A stretch of 64,000 nucleotides of DNA from Psilocybe cubensis (taxonomy: Eukaryota), in the NCBI GenBank assembly GCA_017499595.2, contig CM039005.1, forward strand, positions 2,046,001 to 2,110,000, written 5' to 3'. Numbering within the stretch: the first letter of the stretch is position 1; each line of letters starts with the position of its first letter. Of the stretch, positions 37,963 to 52,605 are shown piece after piece. Below the pieces are notes generated by a model. That model saw nothing but the letters and a program-made list of their open reading frames with translations. It made no database searches and was not told the DNA's origin. Both the position numbers and the translations under genes were made by a program.

Positions 37963-40900
37963 ATGTGCCGTGCGATCCATTTGGAGGCTGCCCAAGCGCA
38001 AGCCCCATCGCCCGTGCAAAAGCAGTCTCCCGCCGTTCTTGCACATACTCATGCGTACCCCCGCGACTGGCGCAGGCGTAGTGCAGATGTAGGTGGGCTC
38101 GCGCGTGCGCTTGCGAGTGCTGCTGTGAGTATGAACGGGGGTGGTATGGGGGAGGACGACGAGCTGAGTGGGTTTGGCGGTGCGATGGGTGGTGTGCATG
38201 GCGAGGAGGAGTGGGGTGCGGGTGTGCAGGGCCAGGGATGGATGGGAGGCGAGCCGGGAGAGATTGCGTGAGTCCCGGTTTGCTCTGAGTTTGTGCGCTT
38301 GTGTTGATTGTATGCGCTTGTGCTTGTGCTTGTGCCTATGCTTGTCTTGTACAGGACGGAGTACGCAGAGCTGCTCAGCGACATGTATACGCAGACAATG
38401 AGCTCTGTGAATGATAATAATGTCGAGACGTGCGTTCTCCTTTTTATAACCCTTTTCTTGTGCTAAATGTGCCCCCATAGCCTCCCGCCGTCCATTTCCG
38501 ACTCGAAGCGTACCAAGCTCATCTGGGCGCTTGACCGCTGGCACTTCGAGCCTCACCTGCTCGAAGAGGACGAGGTGATTGCATGCACCATCCTGATCTT
38601 CGAGGCGCTCTTCCGAGTTGAGGGTATGCAGGAGGCCGTCCCAGTGTCCATGCGTGAGTGTGCTTTTGGTTTACCTAGACCATTCCACCCATGGTCTTTT
38701 CGTTTGCTTTTGTCGTATTCTAAACTAACCTATCCAACCTCCCAACCCTCCTACGTTCGCACTCACAGAACAAATAACCTCCTTCATCCACCATTTGCGG
38801 CGCATCTACCGCTACGAAAACACATACCACAACTTTGAACACGCACTCGATGTTCTGCAAGCTACACAATCGTATCTCAAGTCGGCCGGCGTTGTACCTC
38901 CCCCGTCTTTCCTCCTTGAGGCACCTGGCCGCCGATGGACCCCTCGCAAGGGCTTGAACGACGGTGGCGGGACCTTGATCGCGAGTCTGGGAAGGAGAGA
39001 GCTGTTCATGCTGTATGTCGCCGCGATTGGGCACGATGTGGGGCATCCAGGGTTTTCTAACCATTTTATGGTGAGTGGTGCATTTTGTAGGATTTTGTTT
39101 TGGATCAGATTGGATGGTGTTGGAAAGGATAGACGCTGATCCTATCTTTTGAAAATCTCACAGAAAAACGCACATACGCCTCTCGCGCAGCTCTACCCAT
39201 CTGGCTCTGCGCTCGAGCATCTGCACATCCAGCTTCTGCTGCGAGTCATGCGCGCGCACGGGCTGGCGTCCGTGCTGCTCGACAGCCCCGCAGACGGCGC
39301 GCACCTGCGGAAGGTGCTCGTGCAGAGTGTGCTGGCAACGGACATGGGGGTACACGATGCGTTCATGGAAACGCTAAGGAACTGTGTTGAAGGTGGTAAG
39401 GGCAGCTTGTGTCACCGCCAGATTGTGTTGTGCCAGGCAATTTTGAAGAATGCGGATATTAGCAACCCGGTGAGTGACCTTTTGGCATTTTTTATTGTAG
39501 TGTTTTGCAGGTTCTTAAGACATAAAATGTTTTTCTTTTTATGTTCTGTTTTATGTGTTACCATCGGTCCTTTCTATTCCACAACGAAAATGTAACTAGA
39601 CTCGCCCCTTCCTCGTATCCAAACACTGGGCCTCCTTGCTCTCGCATGAGTGGTCTGCTCAAGCATCTCTCGAGTCGTCTTACCACCTCACGCCAACCGT
39701 TCAACCATTCTCCGCTTCTCCCCGCGCACTTGCAGCCTCACAGATTTTCTTCATTTCGCGCTACGCCAAGCCGCTCTTGGAATTGACGGAGAAGGCTGTC
39801 CCAGAGATGCGCATGTATAGGGAGTGGTGCAGGAAGAATTTGAAGGAATGGGAGCAACGAAAGAGAGGTGTGGAAAAAGAGGAAAAGGAGGAGCAAGAGA
39901 GGGAAGAGAAGGCGCGCGAGAGGGAGGAGAGGCGGCGAAGAAATAGGGGTCTGGAGACAGACGCAGATGACGGCAGTATGGGTACCGGGACAAGTGCGAG
40001 CCCCAGTGCGGTTTCGAGTGTACCGTCGAGCATTCCTTCGACACCGGGCATGCAGCCCACCGCTGTGCCTGTGTCCCTGCAAGCCGCTGTCGCTGCCGTG
40101 AACGCGTCAGGCGGCTCGGCAGCAGGAACGACACCGACACCGACCCCGTTGCCACTCACCCACAACCAAAGTTACCTCCCGCCACCACCGCCACAGCTGA
40201 TCATGACACCCGGCTCGCCGCGTATACCCGGATTCACGTCCGCGTTCCCACTGACGCTGCCCACACACCACCCCCCTGCGCTCGCGCTGTCGGTCGTCTC
40301 ATCTACCGCGTACTCTTCTTATCCCTCTTCATCCCGCTCGTCATCGTCGGCAAGCTCATCCGTGGGCTCAGAAAAGGCGCGGGTAAATGGTGTGGGTGTG
40401 GAAGACGCGTTGTTGACCATCCCGATTCCACCTTCATCTCCTTCGTTCTCAGTCTCGGATGACGCGTCCGAGGCCGCATCTGTGCCCTTCTCGCCTTTGA
40501 GCGAGACCTCGGGGTCATTTGCCACGCGAGCTGCGGGTGGGTCGACGCCTACGCAGATTCCGCCTCTGAGTGTGCATGCTCTCGGCGGCAGTCTCGCCGT
40601 AAATGGAGGATATGGCCATAGCAAGCAGTCGGCAGCGGTGACTGCACAAGCGGCGGCACGGGCGTTGCGTGCTGCGAGTAAGGCTGGGTCGATGCGGAAG
40701 CGTAGCCAGATGAATTTGAATGCGAGTGCGCACGCGCATGCACATGCGCTTGAGAACTTGACGATGAGTATGCGGTTTGTTGGGGTTAATGGTGGTGGTG
40801 GCGGTGGCGATGAAAATGTTAACGGACATGGATTGGCGAATGGAGTCATTGAGGACGGGAAAGCGAACGAGCCCCTACCACCACCTTTGGTCGATAAATT

Positions 40901-41234
40901 CGCTACGGTTGGGCGTAAGATTAAGGCCAAGACGCGTACCAATGTCAGAGCGGCAAGGAACTCGTGGTGTGCAGGGACAAGTGGTGTCGGGTTTGGAAAT
41001 GTTTTCTTTGGATTTACCAATGTTGGCTCAAGCGTGGATGGAAATGCACATGCCACCGCGAATGGCAGCGAGATTTCGAATGCAGGGAGTGACGAGGACA
41101 AGGACAGTGAAAAAGACGTCAATGGGAGCGGACCGCCACCTTCGTCTGCGCCTCCGAACGTCGGGGTGGGGACGGCTGGGGGTGCCCTGAAGCCGCTTCC
41201 GTTGAAGGCCATGAAGCTGCAGGTCTCGCCGTGA
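37963..41234 (+). CDS. PDE2: Class I (high-affinity) 3',5'-cyclic nucleotide phosphodiesterase, multi-exon
   Basis: YHNFEHALDV, AAIGHDVGHPGFSN, LEHLH, VLATDM and ILKNADISNP are the PDEase_I HD-domain motifs. N-terminal RRRS PKA-type site and a long low-complexity C-terminal tail. Confidence 0.92.
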
Positions 41235-44200
41235 TTGCGTCGAATAGGATGAAGGGAAAGGCTCTTTGACTGACCCTGTATGTTATTTTGTCACCCATAT
41301 CTCGTTTCTCGTTCTGCGTTCGGGTAACGCTCTCGCATGCACTTCGGTAACGCTATTATACACCACCACCGCTATCACCACTATTATTCTACTACGACTA
41401 CGACCGCGACCAGCAACATCAGTACAGCTTTAACTGTCAAATCTCTTCTACACAGAGCAACTCAATTACTTCGTCCTTCCATCGAGCACTCCCATCTATC
41501 AAGTCTCCCTTTGCACCCGTTGTGTGTTATTTGCACCGCCCCTCTCTTTCTTTCTCACTTCTCACTTTCTTTCTTTGTCTTTTTCTTGGGGTTCTATTTC
41601 AGGTTCTTTGCGTCTATCAAATAGGCTGTGTCTTGGAATTGGGCTTGGACGACGCGGCGGGGGATATCTTGGTGTGGGTGTGGGATACGTGCAATCGCTT
41701 GCAGGACGGTCGCTGTCAGCGTCAGCGTCAGCTGCTGCTGCTGCTGCATGCTGGGTGAAGCCAAGGACCCCAATTCCACGGTTGTAAGTTTACCTGTACC
41801 TGCACGCCGCGCGCAGCTCAGCTTGTTTGGCACTATCTGTCTTTATCCTCAACCTGGCATGATTTGACTCGACGCCAGCCAAAACTGCCGACTCAGGAGT
41901 TGTTATCCACTCTGCGTCCTTCGATATTCGTTGGTTGATATTCACATTCGAATTTGCGGCCCGGGTATGCGCGCATATGGAGCCCGTCAATGGTTGTTAA
42001 TGAACGGCAACCAAGAAATCAATCAACCTGGCCCTTTTCATACACTCACACGCATACTCAAAATTTTTTGCGGTTATTCCATCCCAGGATCTTACATCCA
42101 ACCTCGTCCAATCCCAACCCTCATTTTTGTTTCCTTCAATCCACCATTTCAACAACACAAATAGCTTTAATTGCCTATGTACCTCACACACGCTCACACA
42201 CACACGCTCGCGGCTGTTCGTCTGGCATCTGGGACTTTTGCTCTGGCGCTGCTATTATCACCTGTGTTCTGATATCAGATCTCGCTGCGCGTTTAGCCGT
42301 AGTGGCCAGTGGCCAAGAGACACGGGCGTGGCGTGGCGTGGGCAAAGGTGACACGGTGACCACATGGAGAGGGAGAGGCTGCGAAGGACCACGACAGCGC
42401 TATGTTTATGTTTGCTCTTAACATAGCTCAGGCAGGCAGATGGGCGAGGGTCGAGGCGATTTCATGTCGGGTCGACGCTTGCGAGATCCCACTCCGCTTC
42501 GATCGAGGGAGAGGGGAGATCAGGGGGCACCGAACGTCAGATTTTTTTTAATTATGCAGGACGGGTGTATCCGTTGCTTCCATTGGATTGGGTCTGGGGG
42601 CTCCTCGCGGCACCTTCCTTGCCTCCTGAATGGGAGCCGTAAAGGGCTTGTGAGTTGGATTAGATTGGATTCGATGCGATGAGAGTTGCAAGAGAGGCTG
42701 TAAGCGCAGGCTGTCACGCGACCTTGTATCAGACGTGATGCAAACAGCGAGATGGACTCATTCCACCTTCATCATTTCGACTTGCCCAGCTGCCCGCGAA
42801 AACCGACCAGAACAGCTCGTGTTCCATTCCGATTACTCATTTGTGGTTCTGCCAACAACATTTTCTCAACTCTATGAAACTCACCCTATGCTCTATCAGA
42901 CTTCTATGGATCTTTCACAACAAATTTTCATCGTCGCAAATTTAGCATTGACATAGGCTGCTTGAAGACATATATACATCGCCACCAACAACCATGCTCA
43001 GCACATGTTACCAACAACAATGCATATATACTCCCCAGTTTATTCAAATCACTGGACTGACCTGCTTGGATTTTCATTCGTTCTTTTTTTCCTCTCTTCC
43101 TCCATTTTCTTTCATCTCTCATGAACATCTACATTGACAACAATTTTTTCTTCTCTATCTATCTATTTTTGTGTTTGTTCGTTCTTCTTGATACCACATC
43201 CCCCCAAAAAATACCGTCTGTGACCGTTTGTTTCACATTATATTCGTTTTTTCAATTCTTTCACATTCATCTGCGTTAGTTACATGCAGTTATGTACTAG
43301 TTACCATTCAACCTCCTCTCTCCTTGACTCTTGATTCTTGCCCACATTGATATCCAGTTCCAGTTCGACTCTTTCCACAACACTGTATCATGTTTTTACC
43401 CTCTCTTTTCTTACATTTTTTGGTCTCAGTGGTTTATGTGGCTTATCTCATCGCACAAAGTATCGGTACCTTTCGCCCCTATCTTTATCTGACTGTCATA
43501 AAACTTTTGATTTTCATTCAAATGTATTGATATCCAAATTATCTATTCAACACACTCTGCCCTTATACTCTTGTACTTCCTGGTAAAGCCATAGCATTCC
43601 GTTGCACATGGTGCTTCCGCGTCAGCCTTTTTCTGTAGTTTATACGTCCGTACCGTACTACTCTCTGACATATGGTTCGCCAAAACGGAGAATAAACTAG
43701 GTATTAATAAAAAAAGGCCATAGCATGCCTCACCTTTCATCCTCTTTCATCGTATAATTGAAAACTATAAAAAGTCTAAAGGTCAGATCATAAACAAATA
43801 TAGTAGTGGAATTAAGCAAAGGAGTGGTATTGTTTGTGTATTTAATGGCACAAGGTAATCTGCAAGACCAGAAAAAAAGAAGACAATCGGAATCAAGCTT
43901 CGAACGTGAAATGATACGAGGTACTTCGGTAAAAAGGAAGAAAGAAAAAAAAAGATGAAAGAGCGTAGATATGTAACCGAATCGTCCAAACAATACATAA
44001 GCTAGAGTAGTCACGGAACAATGGAAACTAGTTGGCGAGTCAAACATAAAAAGCATAAGCGAAGTGCCGAAAAGATGAAGGAAACAGGACCGGAGAAGTG
44101 GCATATTGGTATTTACTGAGGCGAAACAAAGGGGAATAGCTGATAAAAACGGCAGGGAATAAAATGCAGAAGAACCAAATCACTGCAGAATGGGTACTAA

Positions 44201-44287
44201 AACGAATTTATCGGAGCTATGTGGTGATGATAACGGGTGGTATGGTGCATGGGGGTTGAAAACGATGATGATGATGGATGACTGGTA

Positions 44288-47200
44288 TTAGTCCTGTACA
44301 GGAACAGATGATTTTGTTGACCGCCTTGATCCGAATCGAATTTTGCCGTCGTCTCCTCGGCCCCAGCCAAAGATGCCTCCGCCAGCTTCATGAGACTGTG
44401 CACTCCCCGTCCGCGAGCGGAACGACCATGCAGGCGACGATGGTCGCGCCTGGTCCTGCAAGTGCGGGTTTACATCCAAGTGTTGGTTATCTGTGCTCTT
44501 CCGGCTGGTTATTGTCCCTTGGTTGGGTTGCTGGTGATGATGATGGTGGTGGTGGTGCACTTTGCCTGAAGGGCCAACGGTGTGCCGGCCATCGCAGCAT
44601 GCTCGCACGTTCTCCAGCCCTTCGAAGCCCTCATCAGACATATTCTCTTCATGAAGCTCGAAGTCAAGTTCGTCGGAATCTTGTCCGGGCACGTCAACAA
44701 ACGAACGGTCGGGACTGTACGGGCTCTCGGGGGCATTCCATCGCATATACTCCATGGCCGGTGTACCTGAACGTTTGCCTACCGAACCGCCAATGGAAAC
44801 TTGAGAGCGACTCCGCTGCCCACGAGGTGTAGTGTTCCACGTCTCACCTGCAACAGCACTTCTTGTGCTACGCTGACTTTGTGGGCTGAGAAGAGGAGGG
44901 CGTCGTCCTTGTTCCAGATTTTCAGGCGTCTGGGGTTGAGGAAGAAGAGTGTTGTTGGCAGGAGAAGTCACCCCTGCATTGCTCGGCCGGGCAAGGAGGT
45001 ATTTCAGAGCCTGTGATAGCAAATTGTGTCAGAAAATATTCACAAATAGATTTAAAATCAACTCGTACGTTCAACCAAATATCATGTCGTTCTTTCGTGG
45101 GAGCAGTGATCTTCATCTCGCGCTGAGGAGTAGACACGATTACACTGTACTGATGCAAACCAGGAGGCATAGGGTTAGGATCGAGCACAGAGCGCACTCC
45201 ATCAATATATGCACTTTTTGCGCTCGACTCCGACACATTGGACGAGCCAGGGTCCGCCGAGCTCCAGTACAACGTCTTGGTATACGGATGAACCCAGAAG
45301 AACCGCTTATGCCGCTTCTCTCCAACCCCCTTCCCAATCGTCCGACGGGTATATTTGTACAAGAATTCTCCAATCATGGTCTGTGTAATAGCGTGGATGA
45401 TAGCAGGATCTGTGGCCATCATCGTGTTATTAGCCCGAGGGGTAACATCAGCCGTCTTGTTTGGCGTTGACGGCTCGTTCACAGATTGGTAGAGGTGCCT
45501 CTCAGACGACATGGACGATCGAGGCGAGGCGAGGCTGTTTTCCGAAGGAAGAGACGACGTCGACCTTTGGTTGCGTTCTCGTTCTCTGACACTGTAAGAC
45601 GATAGCGTGTGCGAAGGAGGCATCGACGCTTGTGTGTGCATTCCAGCGACGGATGTCGACCTGAAGCTGCTCGTCGACGGTGGCTGCCGCAGGTTGGCCT
45701 GCGATGGCGGCAGACTCGAACCATGCAATCTCGTGCTTCCATATTTACCTGGAGGCACAAGAATGGAACCAAGTGGTGTGGTCGCCCGCTGGATGAGCTC
45801 AGCAGGAGGTGGCGACGATGGTCTTGGAGGAGGACCATCGTGATGCGATCCATTCAAGCTTGCAAGAACCTTGCGCTCGGGAATGAAATTGGGAGGAGGC
45901 ATGCTGTTGGGCGGAGGCGGTTGTTTCGGTGGTGGTGGAAGTGACATAACGGGTGGTCTCGTCTTATCGACAGAAGTAAGGAGTGCGTTGCCCGACGACG
46001 ACGGTACACGCGATCGACTGGCTGGGTCATCTGCACCACCGTTAGTCGACGAAATGAGAGATTCTATGGATTGTCGTCGCTCTGAGTTAGACGTTGCGCG
46101 ACGAACTAGAGTACCAGATGGTTCACGGAACACACTGGACTTTGGTGTGGGCACAGGAGAAGGAGGAGTAAACACAGGACCATGGACCGAAAAGGTGTTT
46201 CCATTAGAAGACGGTGGAGGTGGAGGAATGAACTGGAATTGATGAGAGGAAGATCCTACGCGGAAGAGACCTGCTGGCTTGGATGGTGGTGCAGCAGGAG
46301 TGGGAGCGGCTACTGGCACAGGTGCTGCCGGCGGCGGCGTCGGTGGTTTCCACTCGTCAGTTTGGATGGACATCTCTTTCACCTCAGGTTTGGGCGGTGG
46401 TGGCGCCTCGATGATCACGGGAGAAGGAGGTTCGTATAAATCGGCGCTGACAGCAACGCTTTCGTACAGAATCTCCTTGGGAATTTGCTGAGGATAGTAA
46501 GAGGATGATGTCGTGGGCCGCACCAATGAGCTGGACGAGGGATCGCGTATGCTCGAAAAGTGAGAGGCCTTGATGCTCTCAGTGTCATCTTCTGTCTCTG
46601 CGCCATCTTCAGAGTCAGAATAATCATTGTCTGTAACAGTACGAATAGAATGGAAGTCTTCGGAAGGAGTTGACAGGCCAATGCTTTGCCTGGCGTCGTG
46701 GTAATCGTCCTCTGTATCAGCTCCTGTTTCAGTCTCCTCTCCTTCGTCCTCTTCTTCCTCTTCCTCCACATTACGTCCAACCAAGAAGGATCGTGTGATG
46801 GTCGTCTCACCAGCACTTGTGCTCGCCCTGGAGACATCCGACTGTGTAAGCGTTGATCTGCGGCTTGAATCTCCAATGACAAGCGGTGGCAAACCCCTTC
46901 CAACAGGTACTGGCTCGGGAATAGGGTCTGTACCAACACCGCTGTCGATCAACACTGGAGGAGTGGGAATAACAGGCACTGGTTCTGGTGTGAAATGCTG
47001 AATGCCCATTTCGGACTTCTGAGGAGGAACAACAACCGGCTCGGGTTCCGTCTGCAGAGACATTTCCGACGTTGTAATCTGTGGAGGAGGAATTGGTTCA
47101 GGCTCTGGGTCAGACTGCGTTCCCATTTCTGCGTGCTCGACTGGAGGAGGAACTGGCACCACAGGGATGTCGACGACCACGGGTGGTTCGGGCAGTACCA

Positions 47201-49526
47201 CAGTCTTTTCCTCTTCAACAACCTCTGTCTGACAACCAAACTCAACTTTCTCAACCTTCTTCACCCTAATGTATTCCCCATCTTCTTCAGGAATCTCGGC
47301 GTCATTCAACAACGAATTTCTATAGCTCTTGACTGGCGATGCGTCAACTTCGCCGAGCTCAGCAGAAAGTACCTCTGGAGCTTTGACAATAGAAGGTGGT
47401 CTCGCTTCTCTGTACGGCACACCACCTCTCGGCCTACGCCCAATAACGCCACTCTTCGAAGAACGACCAAGCACAGCTTGGCGCAATGGGCTCCGAGTGT
47501 AAGACGAGCCATTTGAAGGGATGCGGCGGAGAACATTAGCGAAGGCAGGGTCCATTCCATCAATGCTGGTCCGGTTCGAGCTGGGTTCGGCAGGTGATGG
47601 AGAAGGCGAGCGCGAGCGCGAAGGGTGGTCTTGAGATTCCTCCACCTCATCGGTCTGTTCATGATCTCCACTGCTGCCAAAGAATTGAGAAACCTCGTCC
47701 TCTTCATCTCCTTGGTCGAAGTTGATAGGAATGGGAGGCACAGGCGGCGGTGGAGATTCGGACATATCGCGCTCTGCATGATCGTCGTCGTTGAAATCCG
47801 AGGCGGGACTGCTCGAAGCCATACCGAGTCTTTGGATGAGAGTGATTCCTCCCCGACCGCGGCCACGGCCACGACCACGACCGCCGCGATTACCGCCAAC
47901 CTTGAAAGGAGTAGTCGACCTCTTCGCAACGCGCTTGTTTTCAACAACAGCAGTATTTTCGTCAGCATACTCTTCTCCATCATCAGGACCGGCCTCGTCT
48001 GCATCAGCAGAGGCGCTGGCAGCTTGTTCTAATTTGATCCGGAGCTGCTTCTCACGATTCAACGATCCTTTGAGAGTATTAATCTGCCGCTGTGCGTGTG
48101 CAAGCCGCTGCTGCAAGGCCTCGATCTCATTCGTGGGGTGATTAGACGACAAGAAAGGCCTGCGGAGGGGAGATGGATCAGGAGAGTCAGGAAAGTCTGA
48201 GCCCAGATCATCAGGCGGGAATAAGCCCGAAACATCCAGATTCCTGCGGTTTGTAGAACCACGACCTGTGGTTCCGAAAACATCGCCATCGTCATCACGC
48301 CCCGCCGGAGTGAGGAAATCTTTGGTATCGGCTCCGCCCGGTGTAAGTGGAGAACCGAACCGAGGAAGCATCCGTCCGGCACGAGCAACTTCTGCCTTCA
48401 AGGTGTCCACTGCTTGTTGGAGGTCGGATTTGTCGCGAGCCAGCCCAGCTGCGTGCTTGCGAGCCTGTGCAATATCGGTTTCGTGTTTAGATTTCATTTC
48501 AGCGACAACGCTTTGGAGGCGTTCTCCCTCATTCTTGTGTTGGTCGGCGGCATCACGGGCGTTTGAAAGAGCCTTTGTCAGACGCTTATGTTCGGACTCT
48601 AAGCGCTGCACGGAAGATTGCGAGTCCCCTAATTGTGTCCGGATTTCTTGTAAAGTCACCTCAAGGTTCCAGTTTTCCTCCTTGAATTTGTCTATCTACG
48701 TGTTAAGACCATAACCCAAAGGAATAAGAAAAGAGTACATACCTGCATTTTGTTCTTGCTGCCTGAGAGCAGTCCTCAGAGCCTCCACTGTTTTTTCAAG
48801 ATCATCCTTCTCCTCTTTCATGTCCTGGATAGCCTTGTCCCTTTCTCCGAGGAGACTCTGAAGACGACGGACCTCTGTAAGCAAGCCACTGCCAATTTCA
48901 AAAGCAAATTCTATAGAAAGGAAAATGATGTGAATCGTAGCCTTTCGATGGACGTAATTGGGACATAAGACTGACCGACATCATCAGCACGATGGGCCGC
49001 ATTTTTTGCGCGCCTGGATTGAGCGGCTGATGTTCCAGCAGATGCCTTTGCGCGCTCTGGTTCCTCGCGGGGCAAGTCTGCGTATGGAACTGCAGGAGAA
49101 TGGGTGCCATTAAGAAAACGCTGAGCAGGAAATGAGATTAGTAACCCAGAATTACTTTAACCCAGCACGTTGCAAAGGACCACACACCTTTGAGCTTCCA
49201 AAAGTGCTGGAAAGCTGCGCATTCTCCGTGTCCCATGCCACGATAGTCTCTGCAAGCTCACGATATCGCTCGCGAGCCTCATTGTCGATCTCATCGTCCT
49301 CTCCCTTATCTGCCTCTAATTCCTGCAACTGCCTGATTCGCTCCTCCAGCTCCATCTGCTGGGCAAGAACCCGCTGCCCAAGACTGCCTGCCTGCTGAAG
49401 TTGTTTCTCCTTGCTGTCGAGGAGGTTCTGAAGGTGGAATTTCATGTCGCCAGCGGTGGAAAAGGGGTCATCTGCTGATAAAAAATCGGGCATGGGTGGC
49501 AAAACAGGCGCTCCAGATGAAGCCAT
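44288..49526 (-). CDS. NUM1: Cortical dynein anchor / nuclear migration protein (yeast Num1, ApsA, Mcp5 family), multi-exon
   Basis: N-terminal coiled coils (LQQAGSLGQRVL, GSSLLTEVRRLQSLL) and a C-terminal Mcp5-type PH domain AITQTMIGEFLYKYTRR...RHKRFFWVHPYTKTLYWS...ITAPTKERHDIWLN/ALKYL. Confidence 0.9.
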
Positions 49527-50130
49527 GACCTGGAGAGCCTATGAAAGGCCGTGGTTTGGGTCCTGGATAAAAAGACTAAGAGGCATTCGTCGCCTCATGG
49601 GCCTCAACTCAACCGCGACTCCCTTCTCACAGTCACATGACTGCGCATCAACATCTTCCCTGTCATCTTTCATTTAACCCAAGCCTCGATACCATGAAGA
49701 GCTAGAAGGATTTCACTTCAGCTTTCCTGTTTACCTTTACGCTGGTTGATTCCTCGCGCTCTCCGACCGCCATCGCTCTTCAACAATCTTTGACTATGTG
49801 CTCGAGCTCTGTAAAAGACTTGGAGAACATTGCGAGAAAATTGAACGGCTAGAAGACCTTCGAGTCATGACATCCAGCGCTATATGAAAAACTTCAGACT
49901 TCAAGGATAGTGTGACACCTATCTCCATTGATCTTCTCTCCTAGCTCTCGTTATTCATTCTGCGACGTTATATACACCTCAAATCACCGCACATAATCAG
50001 AATTCTGAATACGCTATGTTCGGAAGAGGCGTCGTAACCGTGATTGAGGTTGCATTAGCACTTGTTACAGCGGCGTGGTTATCTCATAGCCATAGTCGCT
50101 GGACAAAACTGAAACAATTTTAGCCCAGAG

Positions 50131-50549
50131 TCGAGATTGTTGTTTTGTGGTAAAGATTCATAACTTCAGAGCAGAGGGCCTTGTGCTAAACGTATTAATG
50201 TTTATGTAGACAAAGGAGCAGTACGTTTGACACTCATTTCCTTTTGAATGTTTTCCTGCTCAAATCGTTCTTCCAGAGCTTCTTGAAGAAATTTCGCGTA
50301 TTCCTTTTGTTGCCTGCGCCACTAGACTCGAGGGTGATATCAGCCCATCTAAAATTTGTCAAGCCTACTAACCTCGGTACGGACGTTATGTCCTCGAACT
50401 TGAGGTGCAACTCCAGTATCCAACCGAGAAGTTGCATGGTCAAATTTCTTATCTATGCCGGCGACGATTGGGTCAGTGAATAGGGTTCCATATGACTCCG
50501 CGTCATAAGACGTGTTCGGCAACTCGAATTCCATTTCGTCGTTTTCCAT
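50131..50549 (-). CDS. Small hypothetical protein (3' structure uncertain)
   Basis: MENDEMEFELPNTSY...VRTE followed by a GTTAGT...TAG intron continues in frame as WRRQQKEYAKFLQEALEERFEQENIQKEM (helical). The last exon is unresolved. Confidence 0.45.
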
Positions 50550-51308
50550 TTGGTGCAACGCTCCATCCTCTCACATCTTCAACGGTGTAACTGTGCTACC
50601 AAGGAATCATCGATCTACCAGGATCTACCACTACAACAATTACCGACCTTCCAACATCATTTTTCCTATAACGACTACCAAACCTCTTGAAGCAAAATCA
50701 GTGAAACAGATCACGGCTCGAATAGCCTGAATAAAATCAAAATCTTGCAAGAAAGCATTCCAATCAGCAAGTTTATCCACAATTTCATAAGCATCTCTTC
50801 GTTTCTTCTATCTATAACACTATCAATTCGCGACGTTTAAATTTCTACCAGCTTTAACGGGAATTATCACAAGGTGTCTACCTGTTTCCTCGTGCTTCGG
50901 AGACCTTAGAATGACTAGCCTCCTCGCATGGAGATCATCGGAAAGTTATCTCGAGATCGTCGTCGCCATTTCAAGGCGTAACCACGCTGGTCTTGGCCAG
51001 TCTATTTTTAGCGCCCGCTTCCTGATCAAATTTTCTTGTGGTGGATGTTGCTTCAGCGCATGCTATTAAATTTATGGGCAGGGGATTCACTTGCCGGAGA
51101 CGAGTTCATTCTATTCATTCCAAGTATCAGCGCGGTTTGCTTATCTTGTTTCCAAAAGGCGCCATGGTATTGCTTAGTTCAATGATATGGAACCTTTTGG
51201 AACATGGGCTACCAGTTGGTATAAAATCGAGTGAAATGAATGGAGTTTTATCCCTCATCAAGAGTTCCAACTGATATCCTTCACCTTTATATATTAATCC
51301 TGATAGCG

Positions 51309-52605
51309 ATGTTCTCTTTTGCTATGCGAAATGCTCTCATCGCTCTGACCACTCTAGCCGTCGCTGCTTCCGCTGCTTCTTCCCTTTCGCTGGAAATAGC
51401 AGGTGCGTTCGATGATCTAGAACGTATCATAGTTGATAAACTTACGATGTTACTTCAGGTCCTGATCAGGTTCAGACGGTGGAGAGCCTCAACGTTATGG
51501 CCACTATCACCAACACAGGAGACGAGGCAATCAAAATTCTCAATGATCCCCGAGGCCCTCTGTCCAAGCTCCCCACTGATACCTTCACCATTACTGATTC
51601 CACAGGCGCTAAACCTGCTTTTACTGGGATCAAAGTCAAGTATGTGCCAAAGACTGCCGCTTCTATTGGCGCATACACCACCTTATCCCCTGGCGAATCC
51701 ATCAAAGTCTCGCATAACCGTAAGTTTGCTAAAGTTCAGCCTTTCTAAAATTAAAATCATATTAATCTTAACGCAGTCGGTGAGGCGTATAACTTTACCG
51801 CACCAGGGGCTGGCGCATACGACATCCAGGCCAATAACCTCTTCTACATCGTCAAACCCGACAACTCTGTCTCCCCTATTTACGCAGACCATGCCTCGTC
51901 GCACCGCGCCCATATCTCTGGAAAGCTGGCGGTAACCCGACCCGGTGCTGGCGCCCTCTCCAAACGCGCAAGCTACACTGGCTGCAGCTCCTCGCAGCAG
52001 TCCGCGCTCGTCTCCGCCGCATCAGCAGCGCAAAGCTATGCCGCAAGCTCGCTGTCCTACCTCAAGTCGCACACGTCCGCGACAACGCGGTACACGACAT
52101 GGTTCGGGACTTACACTGCTGCCCGTTATTCCACTGTCCTATCGCAGTACACCAAGATAAACTCGAACACGTTCTCGTCGTTCACATTTGATTGCACATG
52201 CACCGATTCTGGCACGTATGCGTATGTGTACCCCGATACGTAAGTGTTTCAATGTCCTCAAGGAAGTGATTTTTGTCGACTAACCTTTTTATTAATTTTC
52301 TTAGATTTGGACATGTATACCTATGTGGTGCGTTTTGGAGTGCACCCACCACTGGAACCGATTCAAAGGTGATATTCACTCTTTCAACCACTCCAGTTCA
52401 TTATAAGTTCAAGTATAACTCTCTCATGACCTAGGGCGGAACCATCATTCACGAGTCTTCCCACTTCACCTCAAACGGCGGAACTGACGATAACGCTTAT
52501 GGCCAGTCAGCTTGCAAGTCACTTGCGAAGAGCAACCCTGACTCGGCCGTAGATAACGCCGACTCTCATGAGTATTTCTCTGAGAATAATCCTTCCCTCG
52601 CTTGA
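51309..52605 (+). CDS. Secreted M35 (deuterolysin/aspzincin) metalloprotease, peptidyl-Lys metalloendopeptidase (Lys-N)-like, multi-exon
   Basis: Signal peptide MFSFAMRNALIALTTLAVAASAA; prodomain ending LSKR; mature part ASYTGCSSSQQSAL...RYTTWFG...FDCTC...AYVYP...VYLCGAFW...GTIIHESSHF...GGTDDNAYG...NADSHEYFSENNP carries the HExxH and GTxDxxYG motifs. It closely resembles mushroom Lys-N enzymes as I recall them. TATAAAA at 51220. Confidence 0.93.

Noticed and set aside
44922..48659. 1245-aa ORF as a separate gene or transposon polyprotein
   Set aside because: It is the large internal exon of the Num1/ApsA gene and has no RT, integrase or transposase motifs.
50234..50443. ORF ending RNFFKKLWKNDLSRKTFKRK as a second cationic-peptide gene
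   Set aside because: It has no signal peptide, acidic spacers or LxxR-XP sites. The same DNA is better explained by the spliced alternative frame WRRQQKEYAKFLQEALEE.
51240..51935. 231-aa ORF from the track as the protease N-terminus
   Set aside because: It reads through introns and leaves the protease frame. The protease starts at ATG 51309 and is spliced.
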